From positions 1 through 39,596 of IMG/VR virus record IMGVR_UViG_3300032103_000300: a stretch of 39,596 nucleotides of DNA, one strand, 5' to 3'. Shown one piece after another: positions 18,276 to 25,908 of the stretch. The DNA comes from a virus (Duplodnaviria > Caudoviricetes). The notes beneath the pieces were generated by a model that saw nothing but the letters and a program-made list of their open reading frames with translations, had not been told where the DNA came from and did no database searches. Position 1 is the stretch's first letter; the number at the start of each line of letters is the position of its first letter. The translations under genes and the position numbers were made by a program.

Positions 18276-18304
18276 ATTATAACATAGTTTTCGGAACTTG
18301 TAAA
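18276..18304 (-). promoter_or_regulatory. Sigma-A-type promoter
   Basis: TTTACA-17 bp-TATAAT with extended TG, upstream of a GGGAGG RBS. Confidence 0.8.
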
Positions 18305-18313
18305 TGGTACATT

Positions 18314-20659
18314 TTAAGAATTTCCAGTATCCCATATTTTTCCGCTCCCCCAGCTCCCTAATTTAATTTCAATCTCAATTGGAACGGGTATTTTATATCC
18401 AAAAATTGCTTCAATGGTCTCCATGTCAGTCATGTATTCTCGAACCTTGAGTAGCATCTCATCAATTGAATCTTTTCGTATTATAAATAAGAGCGCATCA
18501 TGGATATTCCCTAAACAGCGTATCTTTGCCCAAGGGAGCTCTTTTAATATACGTCCATAAGCAAACATAGCTAAGTCAGCACCAAAGCCTTGAACGGGTG
18601 CATTTATCGCTTGTCGCTCAGCTTCTGCTCTAATACCATTCTCAGGACTGTTAATCTCGGGTAATCTACGTTTTCTACCTATGGGATTACGGACATAACC
18701 AAATTTTTTTACTAATCTCCGTTGTCGGTCATGCCAAGAAGGAAGCCCGGAATACAAGTCAAAAAATCGTTCTCGAAAAGCTATCGCTTCAGCATCTTTT
18801 AGATGTACATCATATTTATCTCGAGCGTATTCCTTAAACTTTTTGGCTCCCATTCCATATAAAAATCCAAAATTAACTGCTTTAGCTTTTTTTCTCATAT
18901 CATTTGTGACTTGTTCTGGAGGTATACCAGAAACGGCAGAAGCTGTGAGTCGGTGAACATCGCCCCTTGTTTGAAACGCACGTTTCATTGTCACATCCCC
19001 CGATATCGCGGCGGCTATACGTAACTCAATTTGCGAGTAGTCTGCTTCTACAAATACCCAGCCAGGAGGAGCAGTAATAATCGACCTAAGGAACGGGTCG
19101 CGAGGTACTTGTTGCAAGTTAGGGTCCACACAGGAGAGTCGTCCAGTAACCGTGCCATGTATCTTAAAATTGGGGTGGATTCTGTCATTCTTCATGAGCT
19201 TACCCCAGCTTATAAGAAATTCACTCAACTTTTTTTGTTCCCTATATTTTAGCAGGGTTTCTACCACTGGATGATTACGAAGCTGGAGCAGAACAGACTC
19301 AGCCGTAGAATCTTTTCCCGTATCGGTTTTGGCGATAGACTCGAGCCCCAACTTATCGAATAATACCATTGCTACCTGTTGGGTTGAGTTCCAATTAATG
19401 CCTGGCGCATAGCTATCTAGCGCTGTTAACAAGTCTTTTATACGACTATTGACCGTACTAAGAGCTGCTTGATACTTTTCGGAGTCTAAATATATGCCTT
19501 CTAGTTCAGATTTAACTAAGCCATTAGATGCAGGTATGGTTATATGCTTAAAGATTTTCGTAAGTTGCTTATCCCTAAGTAACTCCTCCTTAAATCGCAT
19601 ATATAGTTTGAGCGTATAAAAGACATCGATAGCACAGTATCTTGCAAGTTTATGCAAGGGCATTGCATATGGGTCAATAGGCATAGGCAACTCATATTCG
19701 GGAGCATTAAAATACATTTGCGAGAGAGGCTTAAGACCATGTCGATTATTCTCGTCCAACAAATGAGACGCCAGCATTGTATCAAAAGTATGTTCTTTAT
19801 GAAACCCATGCTTCGCTAATAACCACTTACTGTCGAATTTAGCATTATGCGCGACCCATTTTTTCCCCCGAACAGCGAGCTCAAGCATTTTGAATATCTT
19901 TGATTGGGTAAGCTCATCATTAAAGGGGCTAGTAGGATACCACAAAGGTATGACCCACTGTTTGCCAGGTTGTGCTAAACCTAAACAATAGATTTTACTC
20001 TGAGGGTCTAACATATTCAAGCTCGAAGTCTCTACATCATAGACTATTACGTCTGCTTGGGCTAAGCTAGCCATACATTGCCGCAATTTCCCAGGCGTAT
20101 CAACTAAAGTCCAATTAAGCTCGCTATTAAGGTCATGAAGGGTCCCCCTTATGACGTCCCCGAATCTCTTGAAGTCTGCTCGTACGGACGACTCTTGTTG
20201 GGGTTGTCGAAATAGACCTGCGGGATGCATAGTTATCATATAGGATATTCCGTCTCTCTCAACAGTCTGACCTCTAAGCTGCATAACACCTGACTTATTC
20301 AGCGTTGCTTTAAGAGCGGTGGCGCCTAACACAATAACATACTTGGGCTTAACCTCCGCAATTTCCTTTTTTAAGTGAATGCTACAAGCTTTAATCTCCT
20401 TTTGGTTAGGTGGACTATTATCTTGTGGACGACATTTAACGGCGTTAGTAAGATACACATCTTCGCGTTTTAAGCCCGCTTCAGCTAACAGCTCCGAAAG
20501 CAATTTACCAGCCTTTCCCAAGAATGGGGCACCTTTCTCATCTTCAACGTATCCTGGAGCTTCACCTAAAATCATAATATCGCAGGGAATGGGACCTGTC
20601 CCTTTAAGCTTATTAGTCTGAGCATGTTCGTGTAATCTACAAAGCTTGCATTCTGCCAC
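18314..20659 (-). CDS. polA: Family A DNA polymerase with N-terminal family-4 uracil-DNA glycosylase domain and 3'-5' exonuclease
   Basis: UDG4: CKLC, GEAPG, TNAVKCRP, MHPA. Exonuclease: DVET, HNAKFD, YCAID. Polymerase: TGRLS, DYSQIELR, KAVNFGFLYG, IHDAL. Confidence 0.95.
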   Translation of the reverse strand: MAECKLCRLHEHAQTNKLKGTGPIPCDIMILGEAPGYVEDEKGAPFLGKAGKLLSELLAEAGLKREDVYLTNAVKCRPQDNSPPNQKEIKACSIHLKKEIAEVKPKYVIVLGATALKATLNKSGVMQLRGQTVERDGISYMITMHPAGLFRQPQQESSVRADFKRFGDVIRGTLHDLNSELNWTLVDTPGKLRQCMASLAQADVIVYDVETSSLNMLDPQSKIYCLGLAQPGKQWVIPLWYPTSPFNDELTQSKIFKMLELAVRGKKWVAHNAKFDSKWLLAKHGFHKEHTFDTMLASHLLDENNRHGLKPLSQMYFNAPEYELPMPIDPYAMPLHKLARYCAIDVFYTLKLYMRFKEELLRDKQLTKIFKHITIPASNGLVKSELEGIYLDSEKYQAALSTVNSRIKDLLTALDSYAPGINWNSTQQVAMVLFDKLGLESIAKTDTGKDSTAESVLLQLRNHPVVETLLKYREQKKLSEFLISWGKLMKNDRIHPNFKIHGTVTGRLSCVDPNLQQVPRDPFLRSIITAPPGWVFVEADYSQIELRIAAAISGDVTMKRAFQTRGDVHRLTASAVSGIPPEQVTNDMRKKAKAVNFGFLYGMGAKKFKEYARDKYDVHLKDAEAIAFRERFFDLYSGLPSWHDRQRRLVKKFGYVRNPIGRKRRLPEINSPENGIRAEAERQAINAPVQGFGADLAMFAYGRILKELPWAKIRCLGNIHDALLFIIRKDSIDEMLLKVREYMTDMETIEAIFGYKIPVPIEIEIKLGSWGSGKIWDTGNS

Positions 20660-20665
20660 TATTTA

Positions 20666-20860
20666 TCACCTCCGTTTTTTTGGACGGATAGCCCCATATC
20701 TACGTTGAGGACTCAATATCTGAATGTCTGCCCACGAAGGGCTTAAATTAGCTTTTTGTTGCTTTATTAAAGCTTTTGCTTTTATGTGTGAATCACATTC
20801 GCCGTGGCAACCAGGGTATCTTTTTATGCAGTTTAGACAGCCCCCGTATAAATCTCTCAT
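20666..20860 (-). CDS. Small Cys-rich hypothetical protein
   Basis: CLNCIKRYPGCHGEC; ATGA overlap with the deaminase stop. Confidence 0.7.
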   Translation of the reverse strand: MRDLYGGCLNCIKRYPGCHGECDSHIKAKALIKQQKANLSPSWADIQILSPQRRYGAIRPKKRR

Positions 20861-21273
20861 AGTTTTATTTTGGTCATCCCTGCCTGGTCTAAATACGAGA
20901 CAGCAGACTTACCATACTCCTCTTTATAGATTACGGTGTGGACTCCAGCATTAATAATAAGCTTTGCACAAGCCAAACAAGGGGAGTGAGTAACATAAAG
21001 CGTTGTTCCCTCCAAACTTATACCATGTCGTGCTGCAAAAGAGATAGCCGCAGCTTCTGCATGTACACAGCGTTCACAACTGCCTGTATCAGGGTTTAAT
21101 AGACACCCCTCGTCTAGGCAGTGAGGCATTCCCGTAGGAGCACCATTGTATCCCGTAGCTACAATCCGTCCGTTTTTGGTAAATACGCAACCGACTTGGG
21201 CTCGGGTACACGTAGCCCTAGTAGCCATGAGCATCGCCACAGCCATATGTAGCTCATTTCTCCCCAGTCGCAT
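20857..21273 (-). CDS. dCMP deaminase (ComEB-like)
   Basis: TGYNGAP, HAE and SPCLAC zinc-deaminase motifs. Confidence 0.93.
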   Translation of the reverse strand: MRLGRNELHMAVAMLMATRATCTRAQVGCVFTKNGRIVATGYNGAPTGMPHCLDEGCLLNPDTGSCERCVHAEAAAISFAARHGISLEGTTLYVTHSPCLACAKLIINAGVHTVIYKEEYGKSAVSYLDQAGMTKIKL

Positions 21274-22052
21274 TATAAATCCCTCCTATACTGAAGAATT
21301 GGAATATCGCCAACGAAGCAATGAAAAGACCATATTTGCATGGTGAGAGTGCCAGGTACAACATGCGTCCAGCCCACCTCATTGAGTACCCATAAGAGAA
21401 GCCTCGCGGCTAAGTAAATGTCGTCTCTAAAATGTCGGATGTAGTCGCATGCCCTAATGGGGTAGAACATATGTAGCTGGTCGTTTCTCATCATGAAATG
21501 GTAGCCTATCGTACAAGGTACTCTACCTCTATGTTTAACCCCAGTGTCCTCGGGAAACCAAATAGGTAAGAATGCTTGCCGGGTGTAGGGCTCTCGGCGG
21601 AGTAAGTTCACTACGTGTTTTAAGTCACCATATTCGTATCTAATTCCCCGAGTGGGGAGTGTTCGACCGCCTGCATAGATAGGCCAGAAGCGTTCCATAT
21701 AGCTATGGGTAAACTGTCCGCCTTGTGCTCGAAATGCATCATCTCGTTCGCTACCTACGCGATAGAAGGGCCAGTTTTTATATTGTTCGCCAGGATTGAG
21801 CGGGACTCCTCCCACTCGCTCTAAAAAATGGTCATCAGCCCATGGTAAATTGGGCTTAATTTGTCTTTTGAGCTCGTCAACGTCAGCAGAGACTTGGCAA
21901 GTGAAGGAATAGTTAAGCAGTTCATGAGACTTGAATTCTGGCTTACTACCAATATCCATACCTTGCCATCTTGTCGTATCAACAACCTCCCCCTGAATTA
22001 ATAGTGCCTCTCGGGCTTCGATAATTACCTGCTGGAAACTATTGTGGTACAC
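21273..22052 (-). CDS. Thymidylate synthase-fold enzyme 1 (probable dCMP-specific C5 transferase)
   Basis: TRQAFLPIW, VPCTIG (catalytic Cys), RACDYIRHFRDD (Asp at the ThyA Asn177 position), SFHCF. Confidence 0.85.
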   Translation of the reverse strand: MYHNSFQQVIIEAREALLIQGEVVDTTRWQGMDIGSKPEFKSHELLNYSFTCQVSADVDELKRQIKPNLPWADDHFLERVGGVPLNPGEQYKNWPFYRVGSERDDAFRAQGGQFTHSYMERFWPIYAGGRTLPTRGIRYEYGDLKHVVNLLRREPYTRQAFLPIWFPEDTGVKHRGRVPCTIGYHFMMRNDQLHMFYPIRACDYIRHFRDDIYLAARLLLWVLNEVGWTHVVPGTLTMQIWSFHCFVGDIPILQYRRDL

Positions 22053-22737
22053 TTAACTTCCCCCAATCTTTTTTGAATATGTGAATGGACCCAAACCAGT
22101 GGTGATAAATACCCACGGGCAAATTAAGCCTAGCCGCTACATGTTGCTGAATCATATGACTCACGAAAAGATTGTTTTGGAAGTGATTAATATAGTCACA
22201 GGACCGTTGCAAGACCGAAATATTTAGCTTCCCCTCGCGATTGGTAAAATAAAAGCCCAGAATTGTAGGTACAACCGAGTAACCGTCATTGTATCTCAAA
22301 TCTAACGTGTCCCATATGGGTATATATGCCTGTCGTCCCTGTGAGTCAATTCGCGAAAGATAGTCTACGACAGTCTTAAGTGTGCCTGCAGAATATATTC
22401 TCTCAGCTAAACTATAAGGAAACTCTGCGTCCATACTATATGTTACGCCGAACTTATCTTCATTAAGCTTCCATGCTTCACCGGGATTGATTGGCTTACC
22501 GCTAAGCGTCTCTTTAACATACGCATTAGCCCAAGGTTGGTCGGGGTAGAGGTCACTAGCATGAGGGTTACGTACTTGAAAGGAGTGGTTAAGCAGCTCG
22601 TGATACTCAAATTGGTCCGGGTCATCCCCCACAAATTGCCCGTTGCAATAGCGGGATATTATCGGTTGGCTATTCTCAATTTGGTATTGAAGCAGGGCCT
22701 CTGTATAGCGCTTGGCCAGGGAAAAATCGGTTAACAT
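22039..22737 (-). CDS. Thymidylate synthase-fold protein 2 (lacks catalytic Cys)
   Basis: GRQAYIPIW, VPTILG, RSCDYINHFQNN, GSIHIF; paralog of TS1 (shared HELLNxSF, PWA and PxNPGE). Confidence 0.8.
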   Translation of the reverse strand: MLTDFSLAKRYTEALLQYQIENSQPIISRYCNGQFVGDDPDQFEYHELLNHSFQVRNPHASDLYPDQPWANAYVKETLSGKPINPGEAWKLNEDKFGVTYSMDAEFPYSLAERIYSAGTLKTVVDYLSRIDSQGRQAYIPIWDTLDLRYNDGYSVVPTILGFYFTNREGKLNISVLQRSCDYINHFQNNLFVSHMIQQHVAARLNLPVGIYHHWFGSIHIFKKDWGKLSVPQ

Positions 22738-23543
22738 GAATTGTCCTCCTTCTTTTTCTTAATGGCTTCTAATAGAGCGGGAGAAATTTGATTTAAGAAT
22801 TTTTCAGACCATTTGCGCCTTTGCATCCATTTGATTTTATCGGGATAGATAAACTCCTGCCAGAAATGTTGTTTTATAGTCTCCTGCCACGGAGTTTTAG
22901 GACAAGACGTCATGAATCGTAATAGCTCTTCCTCCCCATGCGTATATAAGAGGAACAAAGGGACCATGTATTTCATCTGAGAAGGCAATAGAAGAGTCCA
23001 CTTAAGTTCAACGTTATCGATGTCGAACTTCTTAAGCTGCGCCTCCCGTGCCGCCCGTGCTACGCAATGCTCCAAGAATAGTACGTCCCCCAGCAATCTA
23101 GCCGTTATTTCAGAAGCTCGAGATAGGATGTGCACATGCCATTTTTTTTGAAACCACGTGAAGTTGATTGATATAAGGCACCCTCCTCCTGCAGGCACCT
23201 TTCGCTCTTTTGTGGCGCGACGATTAAAGACAATTACTGATGTGCTGGGATAAGACCCCGTAAGCTTACTTTGTCGTTCCAACATACGGCCCACACCAGC
23301 ATCCCAGAATTCGGGGTCGATATAGCGTTTAGCTAGCAGGCTCAATCGTTTGCTAGGCTGGAAAAATGGGGGCAATTTTTCAGGAATACCAAAGCCATTT
23401 GTGGCCGTAAGCGTGATGTGGTATTGGGCATAAGAAAAGTCACGTCCCGGCATTAGCATTGCGTTCGTGGGAACATCATATATAAATCGAGAATTTAGCT
23501 CCCACCAAGCGTTATAGATAGTATCGGTACGAATGTCCCGCAT
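22731..23543 (-). CDS. Divergent thymidylate synthase-fold protein 3
   Basis: GGGCLISINF...HILSRASEITARLLGD mirrors the TS core C...R-S-x-D...D spacing; adjacent to TS1/TS2. Confidence 0.6.
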   Translation of the reverse strand: MRDIRTDTIYNAWWELNSRFIYDVPTNAMLMPGRDFSYAQYHITLTATNGFGIPEKLPPFFQPSKRLSLLAKRYIDPEFWDAGVGRMLERQSKLTGSYPSTSVIVFNRRATKERKVPAGGGCLISINFTWFQKKWHVHILSRASEITARLLGDVLFLEHCVARAAREAQLKKFDIDNVELKWTLLLPSQMKYMVPLFLLYTHGEEELLRFMTSCPKTPWQETIKQHFWQEFIYPDKIKWMQRRKWSEKFLNQISPALLEAIKKKKEDNSC

Positions 23544-24136
23544 TAGTATTTGTTCTCCTGTCTTTTTTGATTGACAGCATTTTTGTGCATATATAACTCA
23601 TATAGCCTAGCCGCGTCTATGCCTACTGAAATACATAAGGCGACGAATTTGTGGAAGCTCGATACGACACGGGCATGTATTAAATCAATATCCGTAACGG
23701 TCTTAGTTTGCTTCCAGGGTTTATTACGAAGCGCGTGTCCCACCATACCTAAGCCCGAGACTAAAAAGGCCATGTTAAGCTGCGGGTCCCGAGAAAAAAT
23801 ATGCGAATGGGAATAAGCGAACAGGCCCCCTAAATCATCGGAGGTGATTTGACTAGGTACTACGCCACAGAGAATGGCGAGCTCTACGAGAAAATGAAAG
23901 GCGTCTGAAAGTTCGTCCTGACAACTCGTGGATTGCCAACCTCCGGGGGTGTTCATCGCCTCGGCCAATTCCTCAACGATACACCAAAGGGTGAACTTAA
24001 CGTAATATTGATAGTGCGCATCGCCTATGAGTCGCAAGTCAGGGTGCGGAGGCTCGAATCCATTGAACTCTTGAATCGCGTGGTACTTGCTCATGAGACG
24101 CCTTTGTTCTTCAAAGATAGCCTGCAATTTGTTCAC
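23543..24136 (-). CDS. All-alpha dNTP pyrophosphohydrolase (dUTPase_2 / dCTPase-like)
   Basis: VEELAEA, DELSDAFHF, KPWK, KNAVNQKRQENKY; start moved to GTG 24136 (TAGTG overlap). Confidence 0.85.
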   Translation of the reverse strand: MNKLQAIFEEQRRLMSKYHAIQEFNGFEPPHPDLRLIGDAHYQYYVKFTLWCIVEELAEAMNTPGGWQSTSCQDELSDAFHFLVELAILCGVVPSQITSDDLGGLFAYSHSHIFSRDPQLNMAFLVSGLGMVGHALRNKPWKQTKTVTDIDLIHARVVSSFHKFVALCISVGIDAARLYELYMHKNAVNQKRQENKY

Positions 24137-24654
24137 TACTCCTTCCCCCTTATGCAAAGGTGGATATCACCCGCCAGCTCAATAGCTTTAGGGTCTACAC
24201 GATAATTATATACAATGAGGGGTATCTCATCAAGTCGCCTTACTCGGTCCATAAAATCGTCATAGCTTTGCAAGAGTGCCGCACCATGGTCAACCACACC
24301 AGCCATCTGGTCACGGTCAGCGAGCGAGCCCAATATTAAGTCTCTGTGAGGACGGCAATATACTAGTATCATGTCGGGTTTAAGCTCGTCTAACCATCGC
24401 CGTTGTACATCTTTTAAGACATTCTCACCCCGAAGAATGGGACCATACACGTATTCGCTAATTATAGGAAGGCGGTCTACCAGGATATGACCAGTATCGT
24501 TATGCCGTTGCACGAGATTAATGAGCCACTCCTCATGCTCCTCCTTTGTGGCCTTACCGAGGGATTTAACTATGGGGAAACCAAATAAAGTATGCATTTT
24601 CTCAATCGCCGTTGTTTTACCAGTATTATCCATGCCTTCAAAAACTATAATCAC
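24136..24654 (-). CDS. dNMP kinase (thymidylate kinase-like)
   Basis: IIVFEGMDNTGKTT P-loop; DRLPIISEYVYGPILRG. Confidence 0.9.
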   Translation of the reverse strand: MIIVFEGMDNTGKTTAIEKMHTLFGFPIVKSLGKATKEEHEEWLINLVQRHNDTGHILVDRLPIISEYVYGPILRGENVLKDVQRRWLDELKPDMILVYCRPHRDLILGSLADRDQMAGVVDHGAALLQSYDDFMDRVRRLDEIPLIVYNYRVDPKAIELAGDIHLCIRGKE

Positions 24655-25091
24655 TTAACTTGCCTCACTTTCTTTAATTTGCGGGTATATGCGGGTTTAG
24701 GTTTCGGCTCCTTAGGCTGGGCAGGCGCTTTTTGTTGTCGTTGCTCACGCCCCTTGCGTATCGCATCGATTATGTAGCCCTTTAAGTCATCCAGACGATT
24801 GGCCTTGCGAACGTAAAAGTCACGGTCTGAAATATAGCAGATAGGGCATCTGACCAGCTCCATAATCTCATCCAGCCAGAAAGTTTGAGGTTTACCACAA
24901 TAGGGACACCAAAGGAAACGGCCTCGGCGAGAGAAAGAGTCGGGAGGCATCGCTGGCTCCAAAAGAGAATGCGTATGTATCTCCGCCCCTGGAAGACGGG
25001 CCGTAGCCAGCTCCATAAACTCCTCTATCTGATTATCGGGCAATCTGCGAGTTATACGAACGCCTTTATAGACAATAACGATGCCTCTCAT
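24651..25091 (-). CDS. Zinc-ribbon hypothetical protein
   Basis: WCPYC...RCPIC, basic tail; GTGA overlap with the kinase start. Confidence 0.75.
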   Translation of the reverse strand: MRGIVIVYKGVRITRRLPDNQIEEFMELATARLPGAEIHTHSLLEPAMPPDSFSRRGRFLWCPYCGKPQTFWLDEIMELVRCPICYISDRDFYVRKANRLDDLKGYIIDAIRKGREQRQQKAPAQPKEPKPKPAYTRKLKKVRQVK

Positions 25092-25095
25092 ATCA

Positions 25096-25431
25096 CTAAT
25101 GTTTCTTGTTAAGGTCCGCGTTATCTACTGCTGCTTCAAGGTCCTGAAAACTATCGAAGACCTGAATATCGACGTCGTCCTCCCGTGCCTCAAGCAAGTA
25201 TTGAAGAATCGGCTTGGGTAACGTGCCTTCGTCTAGCATGCAATGTGCACCCATTAAATTATGTAAGGCAGTGTCAGGACTTATTGTGGAAGTGACTTGA
25301 ATAGAGCGAGCTCCCAGCTGAATACCCATAATTAAATTCATTTTCTCTCGTTTGCAAATATCGTATAGCGAATCAACTAGCGCCTTAAGCTCCTCTTCAT
25401 AAATTTTAAGGTGACGTTTGAAGTCGGTCAT
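25096..25431 (-). CDS. Hypothetical protein, first gene of the leftward operon
   Basis: GGGAGG RBS before ATG 25431. Confidence 0.7.
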   Translation of the reverse strand: MTDFKRHLKIYEEELKALVDSLYDICKREKMNLIMGIQLGARSIQVTSTISPDTALHNLMGAHCMLDEGTLPKPILQYLLEAREDDVDIQVFDSFQDLEAAVDNADLNKKH

Positions 25432-25468
25432 ACGATTTTTCCTCCCTTCCATTTTTTGGTATGATGTA

Positions 25469-25497
25469 ATTATATCACAATCACGAGAATTTGTAAA
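25469..25497 (-). promoter_or_regulatory. Sigma-A-type promoter for the nucleotide-metabolism/polymerase operon
   Basis: TTTACA-17 bp-TATAAT with extended TG. Confidence 0.8.
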
Positions 25498-25530
25498 TAG
25501 TACAAAATTCCCCTCTTAGAATTTTTATTA

Positions 25531-25560
25531 TTTACCTTTGTTCAATATATATGGTACAAT
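25531..25560 (+). promoter_or_regulatory. Divergent rightward promoter
   Basis: TTTACC-18 bp-TACAAT with extended TG, followed by an AAGGAGGTG RBS. Confidence 0.65.
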
Positions 25561-25587
25561 TTACTAAATCAAAAGGAGGTGATGAAC

Positions 25588-25689
25588 ATGTGGGAGAAAG
25601 TATTGCTTGAATCGCAACTGGCAGTGGTTATCGCCCTTGTAAGTTTTGCGATGAGTGGTATCGCACTAGCTTTAGCAATTCTAAAATAA
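25588..25689 (+). CDS. 33-aa single-helix membrane peptide (not in ORF track)
   Basis: AAAGGAGGTG RBS; MWEKVLLESQLAVVIALVSFAMSGIALALAILK*. Confidence 0.7.
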   Translation: MWEKVLLESQLAVVIALVSFAMSGIALALAILK

Positions 25690-25723
25690 GAGTTCCCTTA
25701 TTATATAGGCGGAGGTGATGAGG

Positions 25724-25903
25724 ATGAAAGACATTATGACCACAGCTGAAGTTGCGAAGAAATATGATGTGTCCGTAAGGGAGGTGCTCTACGCAGTCAC
25801 TGTGGGCAAGTTAGAGGGTCAGAAAGTAGGGTGGATATGGCTATTTGTGACCGCTGATTTGCCCGATAAATGGCCAGTGCGAAAGAAGAAAAAGAGGAAG
25901 TGA
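25724..25903 (+). CDS. HTH_17 (Xis/MerR-like) DNA-binding protein
   Basis: IMTTAEVAKKYDVSVREV...GKLEGQKVGWIWL; GGAGGTG RBS. Confidence 0.8.
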   Translation: MKDIMTTAEVAKKYDVSVREVLYAVTVGKLEGQKVGWIWLFVTADLPDKWPVRKKKKRK

Positions 25904-25908
25904 ATTGA

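Noticed and set aside
21273-22052. Plain thyA annotation
   Set aside because: Asp at the Asn177-equivalent site, absence of the canonical GxPFN motif and the paralog context argue against an ordinary dUMP methylase.
25724-25903. Xis-like HTH as evidence of lysogeny
   Set aside because: No integrase, att context, CI-like repressor or partition genes found; HTH_17 proteins commonly precede primases.
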